Part shown: positions 11,668 to 21,245 of the stretch, piece after piece
Position numbering within the stretch: the stretch's first letter is position 1
Layout of the letters: the number at the start of each line of letters is the position of its first letter
NCBI GenBank assembly: GCA_963709285.1
Contig: CAVPVR010000010.1
Coordinates: 451,570 to 515,569, forward strand
Length of the DNA stretch: 64,000 bases
Reading direction: 5' to 3'
From: an uncultured delta proteobacterium
GTDB lineage: Bacteria > Desulfobacterota > Desulfobaccia > Desulfobaccales > 0-14-0-80-60-11
Program-made: the position numbers and the translations under genes
Notes under the pieces: model-generated
What the model was told of the DNA's origin: nothing
The model's input: only the letters and a program-made list of their open reading frames with translations
Databases searched by the model: none

Positions 11668-12582
11668 ATGTCTGAAGAAGTGCTGGGCTCAGTGGTGGTG
11701 GTAGGAGGCGGCATTGCGGGCATGCAGGCTGCCCTCGATTTGGCCAACTCAGGATACTATGTTTACCTGGTGGAAAAAGGCCCCGCCATCGGCGGAACCA
11801 TGGCGCAGATTGACAAGACCTTTCCCACCAACGACTGCGCCATGTGAATTATTTCCCCCAAGCTGGTCGAGGTCGGCCGGCACACCAACATCGAACTCCA
11901 TACTCTGGCCCACGTCAGGGATGTTACCGGCAAGCCGGGGAATCTTGAAATTCTCATTGAAAAGCAAGCCCGCTTCGTGGACCCCGCCAAGTGCACGGGT
12001 TGCGGCACCTGCCTGGATGTCTGCCCCATCCGCTATGAGGTTCAGCTTCCGGACGAAACCAGGGCCCGGGCTGCCTTCTCCCAAGTAACGGACGAACAGG
12101 CGGTGACCGATATCATCGCCCGTCACCGGGACGAGCGGGGCAACCTGTTGCCCGTGCTGTTGGATGTCAACCGCCACTTCAACTGGCTCCCCCGCCCTGC
12201 CCTGGAGCAGGTTTCCGACGAACTCAAGCTGCCCCTGGCAGAAATCCTCCGGGTGGCCAGCTTTTACAATGCCTTTTCCCTGGTCCCCCGGGGCAAGCAC
12301 ATCATCAACGTTTGCATGGGCACAGGCTGTTTCGTCAAGGGCTCACCTCGCCTGTTGGACTCCCTGGAACGGGAACTCGGCCTCAAGCACGGCCAGACCA
12401 CGGAGGACATGCTCTTCACCCTGGAGGTGGTTCGCTGTATCGGCTGCTGCGCCCTGGCCCCGGCCATGCGGGTGGGGGAAGACACCTTCGGGCGTCTCAC
12501 CCCGAGCCTGATCCCCAAAATTCTCAAATCATACGCCGAGTCCTACGGCCGTGAAGATGCGGAGGAGGAAGCGGCGGGATGA
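11668..12582 (+). CDS. Selenoprotein fusion: HdrA N-terminal segment (about 130 aa) fused to a NuoE-type [2Fe-2S] thioredoxin-like domain
   Basis: Hand translation from the ATG at 11668 gives [17 protein letters not shown]...[14 protein letters not shown](11845-11847)-IISPKLVEV...[12 protein letters not shown]. It continues in the same frame (the ORF-track 11977..12582 frame) into NuoE motifs NVCMGTGC and [10 protein letters not shown]. The TGA replaces the Cys of the canonical HdrA NDC.MC motif. Its stop overlaps the next ATG (ATGA). Confidence 0.8.
11863..11880 (+). promoter_or_regulatory. Weak SECIS-like hairpin 15 nt after the UGA at 11845
   Basis: CUGGUC / GGCCGG 6-bp stem (two G-U pairs) with loop GAGGUC. 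It has the same 15-nt spacing as the two stronger hairpins in mvhD and mvhA. Confidence 0.3.
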
Positions 12583-14489
12583 AGGTCAGATCTCTGGAAC
12601 GACTGGCAGATATCAAAAAACAAGGCCTGGCTCTCACCTACCCTGACAAAGTCAAAATTATGGTGGGTATGGCCACCTGTGGTATCTCCGCCGGAGCTGA
12701 TAAGGTCTATGCTGCTTTAGAGGCCAAAATTGCGGAACTGGGCCTGGACGTGGCCTTGGAAAAGACCGGCTGCATCGGTTTCTGTCAGCGAGAACCCCTG
12801 GTAGATGTAGTGTATCCCAAGCAGGTGCGCCTCTCCTATCAGGGCATGACCCCGGAGAAAGCCGAGGGCCTGGTGGAAGCCTTGTGGAAGGGGGAAGTTT
12901 ACCCGGAAAACCTGCTGTGCCGCATCGACCAGGAGGACATATTGGTGGAAGGCCAGGTGCGGCCCTACGCCAACCCCCATCCCCCTACCCTAACGGTGGA
13001 GTTACCCCGGTATGATGAACTGCCCTTCTTCGGCAAGCAGGTGAAAATCGCGCTCCGCAACTGCGGCTTCATCCACCCGGAACGCATCGAAGAATACATC
13101 GCCCGGGGTGGCTATCAGGCCCTTCACCAAGTGCTTACCGGGATGACCCCGGAAGAGGTCATTGCGGAAGTCAAGTCCTCGGGCCTCAGAGGGCGGGGCG
13201 GCGCCGGCTTTCCCACCGGACTCAAGTGGGAGTTCGCCCGCAAAAATGACAGCGACGAGAAATATGTCATCTGCAACGCCGATGAAGGGGACCCCGGGGC
13301 CTTCATGGACCGGGGCATCCTGGAGGGCGACCCCCATGCGGTCATCGAGGGCATGGCCATCGGGGCCTATGCCATCGGCGCCCACGAAGGCTATGTCTAT
13401 TGCCGGGCGGAATATCCCCTGGCCGTTCACCGCCTGAAAATCGCCATCGACCAGGCAGAGGCCCTGGGACTTCTGGGCGATAAGATTTTCGGGACCAATT
13501 TCTCCCTCAAGCTGAAAATCCGTGAGGGCGCCGGCGCCTTCGTCTGTGGCGAGGAGACTTCTCTCATCGCCTCCATCGAGGGCAAAGTGGGCGAACCCCG
13601 CCCCCGGCCCCCCTTCCCGGCCCAAAGCGGTCTCTGGGGCAAGCCTACCATTATCAACAACGTCAAGACCTGGAGTCACATTGCTCCCATCGTCATGCGG
13701 GGCGCGGAGTGGTACGCCGGCTTCGGCACCGAAGGCAGCAAGGGCACCACGGTTTTCGCCCTGGTGGGCAAAGTCAACAACACCGGTCTCGTGGAAATTC
13801 CCCTGGGCATGACGCTTAGGGAAATGATCTTCGACATTGGCGGTGGCATCGCCGGAGGGCGGGAGTTCAAAGCGGTGCAGACCGGCGGCCCCAGCGGCGG
13901 CTGCATCCCGGAGGAGTTTCTGGACACCCCGGTGGACTATGAGTCCCTGGGGGCCCTGGGCTCCATTATGGGTTCTGGCGGCATGATCGTCATGGACGAA
14001 CGGGACTGCATGGTGGACGTGGCCAAGTACTTCATCGATTTCACCCAGGACGAGTCCTGCGGCAAATGCACCCCGTGCCGGGAAGGCACCCTCCGGCTCA
14101 TGGAAATGCTGGAGGCCGTCACCGCGGGCCAGGGTAGCGAGGAGGACCTCGACAAGCTGGCCCACATGAGCGAGTTAATCAAAAAGACCTCGCTCTGTGG
14201 CCTGGGCCAGACCGCGCCCAACCCGGTGCTGTCCACCATCCGTTACTTCCGGGACGAATATCTGGCCCATATCCGGGACGGCAAATGTCCGGCCAAAGTC
14301 TGTAAGCCTCTCATCACCTTCTCGGTTGTCGAAGAAAACTGCACGGGCTGCCAATTATGCCGCCTGAAATGCCCGGCCGAAGCGGTGGCGGGAGCCAAAA
14401 AAGAGGTGCACCACATCATTCAGGAAAACTGCATCAAGTGTGGCACCTGTTTCGAAGGCTGTAAATTCGACGCTATTGTGATTGAATAG
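12579..14489 (+). CDS. NuoF-like NAD(P)H-binding FMN/Fe-S flavoprotein (HydB/NuoF family with N-terminal thioredoxin-like and C-terminal 2x[4Fe-4S] domains)
   Basis: 636 aa. GLRGRGGAGFPTG, the ESCGKCTPCREG N3 cluster motif and two C..C..C...CP motifs at the C-terminus. Confidence 0.9.
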   Translation: MKVRSLERLADIKKQGLALTYPDKVKIMVGMATCGISAGADKVYAALEAKIAELGLDVALEKTGCIGFCQREPLVDVVYPKQVRLSYQGMTPEKAEGLVEALWKGEVYPENLLCRIDQEDILVEGQVRPYANPHPPTLTVELPRYDELPFFGKQVKIALRNCGFIHPERIEEYIARGGYQALHQVLTGMTPEEVIAEVKSSGLRGRGGAGFPTGLKWEFARKNDSDEKYVICNADEGDPGAFMDRGILEGDPHAVIEGMAIGAYAIGAHEGYVYCRAEYPLAVHRLKIAIDQAEALGLLGDKIFGTNFSLKLKIREGAGAFVCGEETSLIASIEGKVGEPRPRPPFPAQSGLWGKPTIINNVKTWSHIAPIVMRGAEWYAGFGTEGSKGTTVFALVGKVNNTGLVEIPLGMTLREMIFDIGGGIAGGREFKAVQTGGPSGGCIPEEFLDTPVDYESLGALGSIMGSGGMIVMDERDCMVDVAKYFIDFTQDESCGKCTPCREGTLRLMEMLEAVTAGQGSEEDLDKLAHMSELIKKTSLCGLGQTAPNPVLSTIRYFRDEYLAHIRDGKCPAKVCKPLITFSVVEENCTGCQLCRLKCPAEAVAGAKKEVHHIIQENCIKCGTCFEGCKFDAIVIE

Positions 14490-14537
14490 CTATAAGCTAT
14501 AAGCTTTAAGCCTTAAGCTTTAAGCAATAAGCTATTA
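14489..14537. repeat. 7-bp tandem repeat (GCTWTAA x7) starting in the nuoF-like stop codon
   Basis: Read directly: gctataa gctataa gctttaa gccttaa gctttaa gcaataa gctatta. Confidence 0.85.
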
Positions 14538-14610
14538 GAAAATGTAGGGCGCGTCGTCTCACGCGCCATCAATATGTGCTCAAAGCTCACAGCTCCAAAA
14601 GAAAGCCCCT

Positions 14611-17600
14611 ATGGTTACCTTAACAATCAATGACAAACCCATAGAAGTCCACGAGGGCACCACTGTATTGGCCGCGGCCCGGCAGTTGGGCGTCAACATC
14701 CCCACCCTCTGCCATCAGGAAGGCCTCAAACCTTATGGCGGTTGCCGCCTCTGCCTGGTGGAAGTGACCGCCGGTCCCCGTACCCAGCTCACTGCGTCCT
14801 GCACCTACCCCGTGGCCGAGGGCCTGGTAGTGCAGACCGACACGGAGGAGGTGCTGGCCGGCCGCCGCCTGGTCATGGATCTCCTCTTGTCCAGGTGTCC
14901 CGAGGTGCCGGCCCTGCAGGAGATGGCTCGGCAAGTGGGCCTCGAAGAGCCCAGCTTCGCCAAGGGGGAAAGTGACTGCATTTTGTGCGGCAAGTGTGTG
15001 CGCATGTGCTTTGAAGTCCAGGGGGTGGGCGCCATCAGCATGGTAAACCGGGGCGCCAAACGGCAAGTCGTCACTCCGTTCGGGGAGTTTTCCCAGGTGT
15101 GCCGCACCTGCGGGGCCTGCCAGTTCGTCTGCCCCACCGGCCACTTCACCGATATCGGCGGCATCAGTGGCAAAACCGCCATACCCCAAGGCGCTGAGTT
15201 TAACCAGGGCCTCAACAGCCGGGGCAACATCTTCCGCACGTATCCCCAGGCGGTGCCCAACACCCCCACCATCGACCGGGATAACTGCATCCATTTTTTG
15301 ACGGGGGACTGCGGCTTGTGCGCCGAAGCCTGCGCCGCTGAGGCCATCGACTATGAGCAACAGGAAGAAACTGTTACCCTCCAGGCCGGCAGCGTAATTT
15401 TGGCTCCGGGGTTCAAGCCCTATGACCCCACCGTTCTGATCGACTATGGCTACGGTGTCTACCCCAACGTTTACACCAGCCTCGAGTTTGAGCGCATCCT
15501 CTCTCCCGGGGGCCCCTTCGCCGGGCACATCCAGCGCCGCTCTGACGGCAAGGAGCCCCAGAAAATCGCCTGGCTCCAGTGTGTGGGCATGCGGAGCGAT
15601 AAGGAAGGGTATCATCCTTACTGTTCAGGGTTCTGCTGCATGGCCTCCCTCAAACAGGGCATGATTGCTAAAGAGCACCAGGGCACCGACCTGGACACCG
15701 CGGTTTTCTACATGGATATGCGCACGCCCCGCAAGGACTTCGAAAAATACTACGCCAGGGCCGAAGACCTGGGGGCTCGCCTCATCCGCTCCCGGGTGCA
15801 CTCCATTCACGAGGACGAGCAGACCCAAGACCTCAGCTTGCGCTACACCATGGAAAGTGGAGAGCTCAAAGAAGAAACCTTTGATATGGTGGTCCTGTCC
15901 GTGGGCGGAGTCATCACCCGGGATGTCATCGACTTGGCTCAAAAGCTCAAGGTGCGCCTGTCCCACAACCGCTTCATGGACACTGAGTGCTTTAAGCCGG
16001 TGACCACCTCTCGGCCGGGTATTTACTCCTGCGGCTTTTTCAACGGCCCCAAGGACATTCCCCAAACCGTGATGGAAGGGCAGCGCCGCCGCCATGGAGG
16101 CCTCCAAAGAATTGGCCATGGCCAAGGGCACCCTCATCCGGCAGAAGGAATTCCCCCCGGAACAGGACTTTTCCGGACCAGCCGGCCCGCATTGGGGTCT
16201 TTGTGTGCCACTGCGGTCTGAACATCGGGGGTACCGCCGATATTCCGGAAATTGTTGAGTATGCTCAGAACATCCCCAACGTGGAGTATGTCCAGGCCAA
16301 CCTCTTCTCCTGCTCCCAGGATGCCCAGGCCCAGATGGTGGAGATGATCAAGGAGCACGACCTCAACCGGGTGGTGGTGGCGGCCTGCAGTCCCTCCACG
16401 CACCAACCCATTTTTCAGGATATGCTCAGGAACGCCGGCCTCAACAAATACCTCTTTGAGATGGCCAATATCCGCAACCAGTGCACCTGGGTGCACCAGC
16501 ACAACCCGGAGATGGCCACCGACAAGTGCAAGGACCTGGTGCGCATGGCCGCGGCCAAGTCCGGTCTGCTGCAACCTCTAGACTACCTCTCCGTGCCGGT
16601 GAACAAAAAGGCTCTGGTCATCGGCGGCGGCGTCGCCGGCATGACCACTGCTCTGGGGCTGGCGGAACAGGGCTACGAAACGCATCTGGTGGAACGCAAA
16701 GACCGCCTGGGCGGCAATGCCTTGCGCCTGCACAGCACCTGGCGGGGCGGCCTGGTGGGCTGGCGGCTTGAGCGGCTCCTGGCCAACGTGACTCAGCCAT
16801 CCCCGCATCACCGTGCATTACAAGGCCATTGTCACCGGGGTTGAAGGGGTGGTGGGGAACTTCAAGACCAAGCTCAGCAGCGGCGCAGTCGTCAACCACG
16901 GCGTGGTGGTCCTCGCCACCGGCGCCGAGCCTTACCGTCCGGAGGGTCAGTTCCTTTACAAAAAGCACCCCAACGTGCTGCTGTCCCTGGATCTGGATCA
17001 GGAATTCATCAATGAAACCGACCGGCTGAAAGAAGCCCAGGCCTTCGCCTTCATCCAGTGCGTCGGCTCCCGGTCCCCGGAACGGCCGTATTGCATGAAG
17101 GTGTGCTGCTCCCACTCGGTGGAGAATGCCCTCAAGATCAAAGAACATGGACCCCGATAAAGACGTCTACGTCCTGTACCGGGATATGCGCACCTATGGC
17201 GAGCGGGAGATGTTGTATACCGCAGCCCGGGAAGCGGGCGTGATTTTCATCCGCTATCACCATGAGGACCCGCCCCACGTGGAGGAAGCGCCGGACGGCC
17301 GCATCAGGATCACGACGAAAGACCACATTCTGAATAGGCCGGTCACCTTCGACGTGGATGTCCTGACTCTGGCCACGGCCATCATTCCGCACCACAATGC
17401 GCCCCTGGCCGAACTCTACAAGATCCCCTTGAACGCCGAGGGCTTTTTCACTGAGGCCCACGCCAAGATCAAACCGGTGGACGCACCCACGGAAGGCATC
17501 TATCTGGCGGGGCTGTGCCACTATCCCAAGCCCCTCCAGGAGTCGGTGGCCGAGGCCCTGGCCACGCGCGGCCCGAGCCTCCACCATCCTGGCCCAGGAC

Positions 17601-17870
17601 ACCTTGTTGCTGGAGTCCACCATCTCCCGGCCCATCGACGAAAATTGCGACGGCTGCGCCTTCTGCGTGGACACCTGCCCCTTCCAGGCCATCACTCTCC
17701 TCGAGTACATGAGCGACGGCCATGTGAAAAAAACCGTGGAAGTGAGCGAGGTGCAGTGCAAAGGCTGCGGCTCGTGTATGGCCACCTGCCCCAAGCAGGG
17801 CATTGAAGTGTCGGGTTTCACCATGGAGCAACTCCAGGCCATGGTGGACGCAGCCCTGGAAGTGGCCTGA
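14611..17870 (+). pseudogene. hdrA: NuoG-N-like [2Fe-2S]/[4Fe-4S] ferredoxin domain fused to the remainder of HdrA; frame-disrupted about 5 times as given
   Basis: Residues 1-190 are a 2Fe-2S plus 4Fe-4S domain (CHQEGL.PYGGCRLC). From 15181 (IPQGAEFNQGLNSRGNIFRTYPQAVP) the sequence is colinear with HdrA. Homology continues through ORF-track pieces 16203..16844 (VFVCHCGLNIGG), 16813..17160, 17126..17806 and 17604..17870 (C-terminal 2x[4Fe-4S]). Frame changes occur near 16079, 16185, 16793, 17149 and 17563, each consistent with one extra base. Confidence 0.8.
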
Positions 17871-17923
17871 TGTTTTCTGTGGATAACCAAGCTTACTTGT
17901 GCTTAAATAGCAGGTCATGAACC

Positions 17924-18343
17924 ATGGAAGAACAGTTCGAACCGTTACTGATCGCCTTCCTCTGCAACTGGTGCTCCTATGCCGGTGCGGACCTGGCCGG
18001 AGTGTCGCGGATTCAGTACCCTGCCAACGGCCGCATCATCCGGGTGATGTGCTCCGGCATGGTGCACCCCAACCTGGTCATCAACGCCCTCACCAAAGGG
18101 GCGGACGGTGTCCTGATGTGCGGGTGACACCTGGGCGAATGTCATTACCTGGAAGGTAATGTCAAAGCACAAAGCCGGGCGGAAGGCATCGATCTCATGC
18201 TGGAGGACTTCGGGCTGGAGCCCGAGCGCTTCCGCCTCGAGTGGATCTCCTCCTCCGAAGCCCAAAAATTTGCGGACGTCATGACCGAGATGGTGGAGAC
18301 TTTGCGGGAGTTGGGTCCCAGTCCCTATAGCACCAGGTACTGA
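17924..18343 (+). CDS. mvhD: MvhD/FlpD-type hydrogenase delta subunit, selenoprotein
   Basis: LIAFLCNWCSYAGADLAG...GADGVLMCG-TGA(18125-18127)-HLGECHYLEGN...LEWISSSE. The TGA sits where MvhD has the Cys of GC..G.CHY. The frame stays open to the TGA at 18341-18343. Confidence 0.85.
18143..18161 (+). promoter_or_regulatory. SECIS-like hairpin 15 nt after the mvhD UGA
   Basis: Perfect 7-bp stem CAUUACC/GGUAAUG with loop UGGAA. Confidence 0.5.
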
Positions 18344-18387
18344 AGCTCGACACTAGTAAGATCGTTTCCCCTGAATCGGAAAACACC

Positions 18388-18582
18388 ATGGATATACCTT
18401 TGGCCCAGAAAATTGACGGCAAAAAGTTTCTGTGGGATAACGTCAACTATGAATCCCGGGAGGTAGCCCAAAAGGCCATGGAGGCCTATGAGCAGGAGGG
18501 CTTTGAAGTGGAGCTGATCGAAATCGAGGGTCAGTTCCTGGTTTACTCCCGGCGCCTGGCGGCCGTGCAATCAGCAGAATAA
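18388..18582 (+). CDS. Hypothetical 64-aa protein between mvhD and mvhG
   Basis: ORF-track ORF that fills the mvhD-mvhG gap on the same strand. No family recognised. Confidence 0.4.
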   Translation: MDIPLAQKIDGKKFLWDNVNYESREVAQKAMEAYEQEGFEVELIEIEGQFLVYSRRLAAVQSAE

Positions 18583-18612
18583 CCCCAACACCTACCATGA
18601 AGGAGGGAGGAG

Positions 18613-19560
18613 ATGGCGGTAAGAGTCGTGGAAGACTGGCTAAACGCCTGTTCGGGATGCGAGATTTCCATCCTCAACATCGGCGACCCGTTACTGGACA
18701 TTCTGCCCCTGCTCGAGTTTCACCACATGACCGCGCTGGTGGATCACAAGTTCTTCGGTCAGCTCGGAGATAAGACGGACATGGAGATCCCTGAGGCCGA
18801 CGTGGCCATTGTCTCCGGCGGGGTGCGGAATGAAGAGATGAAACACGAACTGGAGGAGATTCGCAAGAAAACCCAAATTCTCATAGCCCTGGGAAGCTGT
18901 GCCGCCTACGGGGGCATCCCCGCCCAGGCCAACATGTGGAAGAATGAAGACATCTTTGAAAAAGTCTTCCGCCACTGCGCTTCCACCGAACCCGGCCCGG
19001 ACCCCACTGATCCCAGTGTGCCGAAATGGACTCCCACCTGCATGGCGGTGGACGAGGTGGTCAAGGTGGACATCACCATCCCCGGCTGCCCGCCTCACCC
19101 GGACTGGATCGTGGACGCCCTCACCGCGGTGTTGGAAGGCAAGGCCGACTGGAAACTCCCTGAGCGCAGTGTCTGTGACACCTGCCCGGTGATCCGGGAG
19201 AAGAAATCTTCCGGCGGCTCGGTCAAGCGGGTGTTTGAAAATGCGGAATTCAATCCCGAGGAAGGCCTGGACAAGATGCGCTGCATTAACGAGCAGGGCA
19301 TCCTGTGCATGGGACCGGTGACCCTGGCGGGTTGCGCCGGCAAGGAAGGGGTGCCCCGCTGCGTGCAGGCCCGCACCCCCTGCCGGGGCTGTTTCGGGCC
19401 CATCCGCAAGGGGGCCAACCCCATGGTGGACATGATGGGTTCCCTTACCTCCGTGGGACTCGACGCCAAGACCCTGGTGGACCGCCGGGCTCTCATGAAC
19501 CGCTACATCGGCGGCCACGGCATGCTCAAGCCGCTACCGCCCCGCCCGGTGCGGAGATAA
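18613..19560 (+). CDS. mvhG: [NiFe]-hydrogenase small subunit, Mvh/F420-non-reducing type
   Basis: 315 aa. The N-terminus lacks a Tat signal (cytoplasmic type). Has the CSGCEISILN proximal cluster motif and further Cys clusters (GCPP, C..C, CRGC). Confidence 0.9.
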   Translation: MAVRVVEDWLNACSGCEISILNIGDPLLDILPLLEFHHMTALVDHKFFGQLGDKTDMEIPEADVAIVSGGVRNEEMKHELEEIRKKTQILIALGSCAAYGGIPAQANMWKNEDIFEKVFRHCASTEPGPDPTDPSVPKWTPTCMAVDEVVKVDITIPGCPPHPDWIVDALTAVLEGKADWKLPERSVCDTCPVIREKKSSGGSVKRVFENAEFNPEEGLDKMRCINEQGILCMGPVTLAGCAGKEGVPRCVQARTPCRGCFGPIRKGANPMVDMMGSLTSVGLDAKTLVDRRALMNRYIGGHGMLKPLPPRPVRR

Positions 19561-19572
19561 GGGGGTAAACCT

Positions 19573-21019
19573 ATGGGCAAAGTTATCAATATCCAGCCAG
19601 TGACCAGAATCGAAGGGCACGCCAAAGTGTCCATCTTCCTGGACGACGCCGGCAACGTCTCCGACACCAGGTTTTACGTCCAGACCTTACGGGGTTTCGA
19701 AAAGTTCTGCGAAGGCCGTCCGGCCGAAGAAATGCCCCGCATTGTCTGCCACATCTGCGGCATCTGCCCCTGGGCCCATCATCTGGCCTCCAGCAAGGCC
19801 ACGGATGCGCTGTTCGGGGTGACGCCGCCGCCGGCCGCGGTGAAGCTGCGCCGTCTCATGCAGTCCATCGCCTACGTCAGCGACAAGATCCTCCACTTCT
19901 TCTTCCTGGCCGCGCCGGACTTCGTCATCGGCCCCGACGCCGACTACTGCGGTGCGCAATGTCATCGGCATCGTCAAGGCCGCGCCGGACATCGCCAAGC
20001 AGGTGGTGCACTATCGGCACCTGGGGGCCAAGCTGCTGGAGGACTTCGCGGGTCGGGCCATTCACCCCACCTTCTCCTTGCCCGGCGGGGTGAGCAAGCC
20101 CATGACCGAGACCGAACGCCAGGCGATGCTCCCCGCGGCCAAAGAACTCCTGGAGTTCTCCAAGTTCACCATCAAGTTTGCCAAGGAAAACGTCTTCCCG
20201 AAGTACCTGGAGGCCATCGAAAAAATCGGCGTCATCAAGGTGGGCTATCTGGGCACGGTCACCGACGACGGCGCTCTGGACTTCTATGACGGCAAGCTTC
20301 GCCTCATGCAGCCCGACGGCGCCTTCGATGATTTCGCCTACGACCAGTACGTGGACTATATTGGGCGAGCATATCGAAGACTGGTCCTATCAGAAGTTCC
20401 CCTACGCCAAGAAGTGGGGCGGCTTCGCCCTGGACCTGGCCAACCCCCAGGGGGTCTACCGCACCAACACCCTGGCCCGGATCAACGTGGCCGACAAGAT
20501 GAAGACCCCCCTGGCCCAGGCCGAGCTCGAAGAGTTCCGGGAAAAGTTCGGGCGGCCGGCCCACTTGACCCTGCTCTATCATTACGCCCGCCTCATCGAG
20601 ATGGTCCAGTGCGCCGAGGAAGCGGTCATGCTCCTGGAAGACCCGGAGATCACCGACACCAACATCCGGGTGAAGATCGAACCCCGGGAAGCCAGGGGCG
20701 TGGGCTGTGTCGAAGCGCCCCGGGGCACCCTGATCCATGACTACACCATGGACAGCAATGGCGCTCATCACCAGCGTCAACCTGATTGTGGGCACCACCC
20801 ACAACAACGCCGCCATCAACCTCTCCGTCACCCAGGCGGCCCAGGAGTTAATCAAGGAAGGCACGTATGACCAGGGCATCCTCAACACGGTGGAAATGGC
20901 CATACGCGCCTACGACCCGTGACTGAGCTGCGCCACCCACCGCCTGGACGGCGGTGTTGCAGTCGAGAGTCACCATCCTGAACAACCAAGGCCAGGTGAT
21001 CGATAAGCTCAGCAACTAA
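19573..21019 (+). pseudogene. mvhA: [NiFeSe]-hydrogenase large subunit, Mvh type; frame-disrupted about 4 times as given
   Basis: N-terminal RIEGH and RICGICP motifs. Homology continues through ORF-track pieces 19952.., 20178.. and 20737.. . The C-terminal motif reads YDP-TGA(20920-20922)-LSCATH, the DPU..C..H NiFeSe signature. The tail VTILNNQGQVIDKLSN* needs one more shift near 20962. Other shifts lie near 19951, 20364 and 20762. Confidence 0.85.
20938..20956 (+). promoter_or_regulatory. SECIS-like hairpin 15 nt after the mvhA UGA
   Basis: Perfect 7-bp stem CACCGCC/GGCGGUG with loop UGGAC. It has the same geometry and UGGA loop start as the mvhD hairpin. Confidence 0.5.
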
Positions 21020-21053
21020 TTCTCCGCTCGTTGCGGATTCGCTGAAAAATAAT

Positions 21054-21102
21054 CTGGGGCCCCAGGACATTTTCCTTCCCGTCCTGCGGCCCCAGCCTTT
21101 TT
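21054..21102 (+). terminator. Rho-independent terminator of the hydrogenase operon
   Basis: CTGGGGCCCCAGGAC ... GTCCTGCGGCCCCAG gives 14 of 15 paired positions, followed by CCTTTTT. Confidence 0.65.
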
Positions 21103-21223
21103 GGGATCAATTAAAAAGTTATCGAAAATGGCAATCTATAAAAACTTTTGTACCCAAGTTTTTGCTTTCTATTTGGCAATACATCTCTGGTTCGACTTGA
21201 TACCCGCTCAACTTAAAACCTGA

Positions 21224-21245
21224 CCAAGGACCGTAGCCTTTCGCA
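21224..21245 (+). repeat. Truncated REP unit abutting the RAYT stop codon
   Basis: ccaaggaccgtagcctttcgc matches the 5' half of the REP consensus. Confidence 0.5.

Noticed and set aside
13002-15615. Long minus-strand ORFs 13002..14165 (387 aa) and 14620..15615 (331 aa)
   Set aside because: They are antisense to the nuoF-like and Fd::HdrA genes, which have unmistakable cofactor motifs. No motifs appear in the antisense products.
11845-20922. Reading the three TGA codons (11845, 18125, 20920) as premature stops or pseudogene lesions
   Set aside because: Each sits exactly at a conserved Cys of a known selenoprotein family. Homology continues in frame after each one, and each has a hairpin at an identical 15-nt offset.
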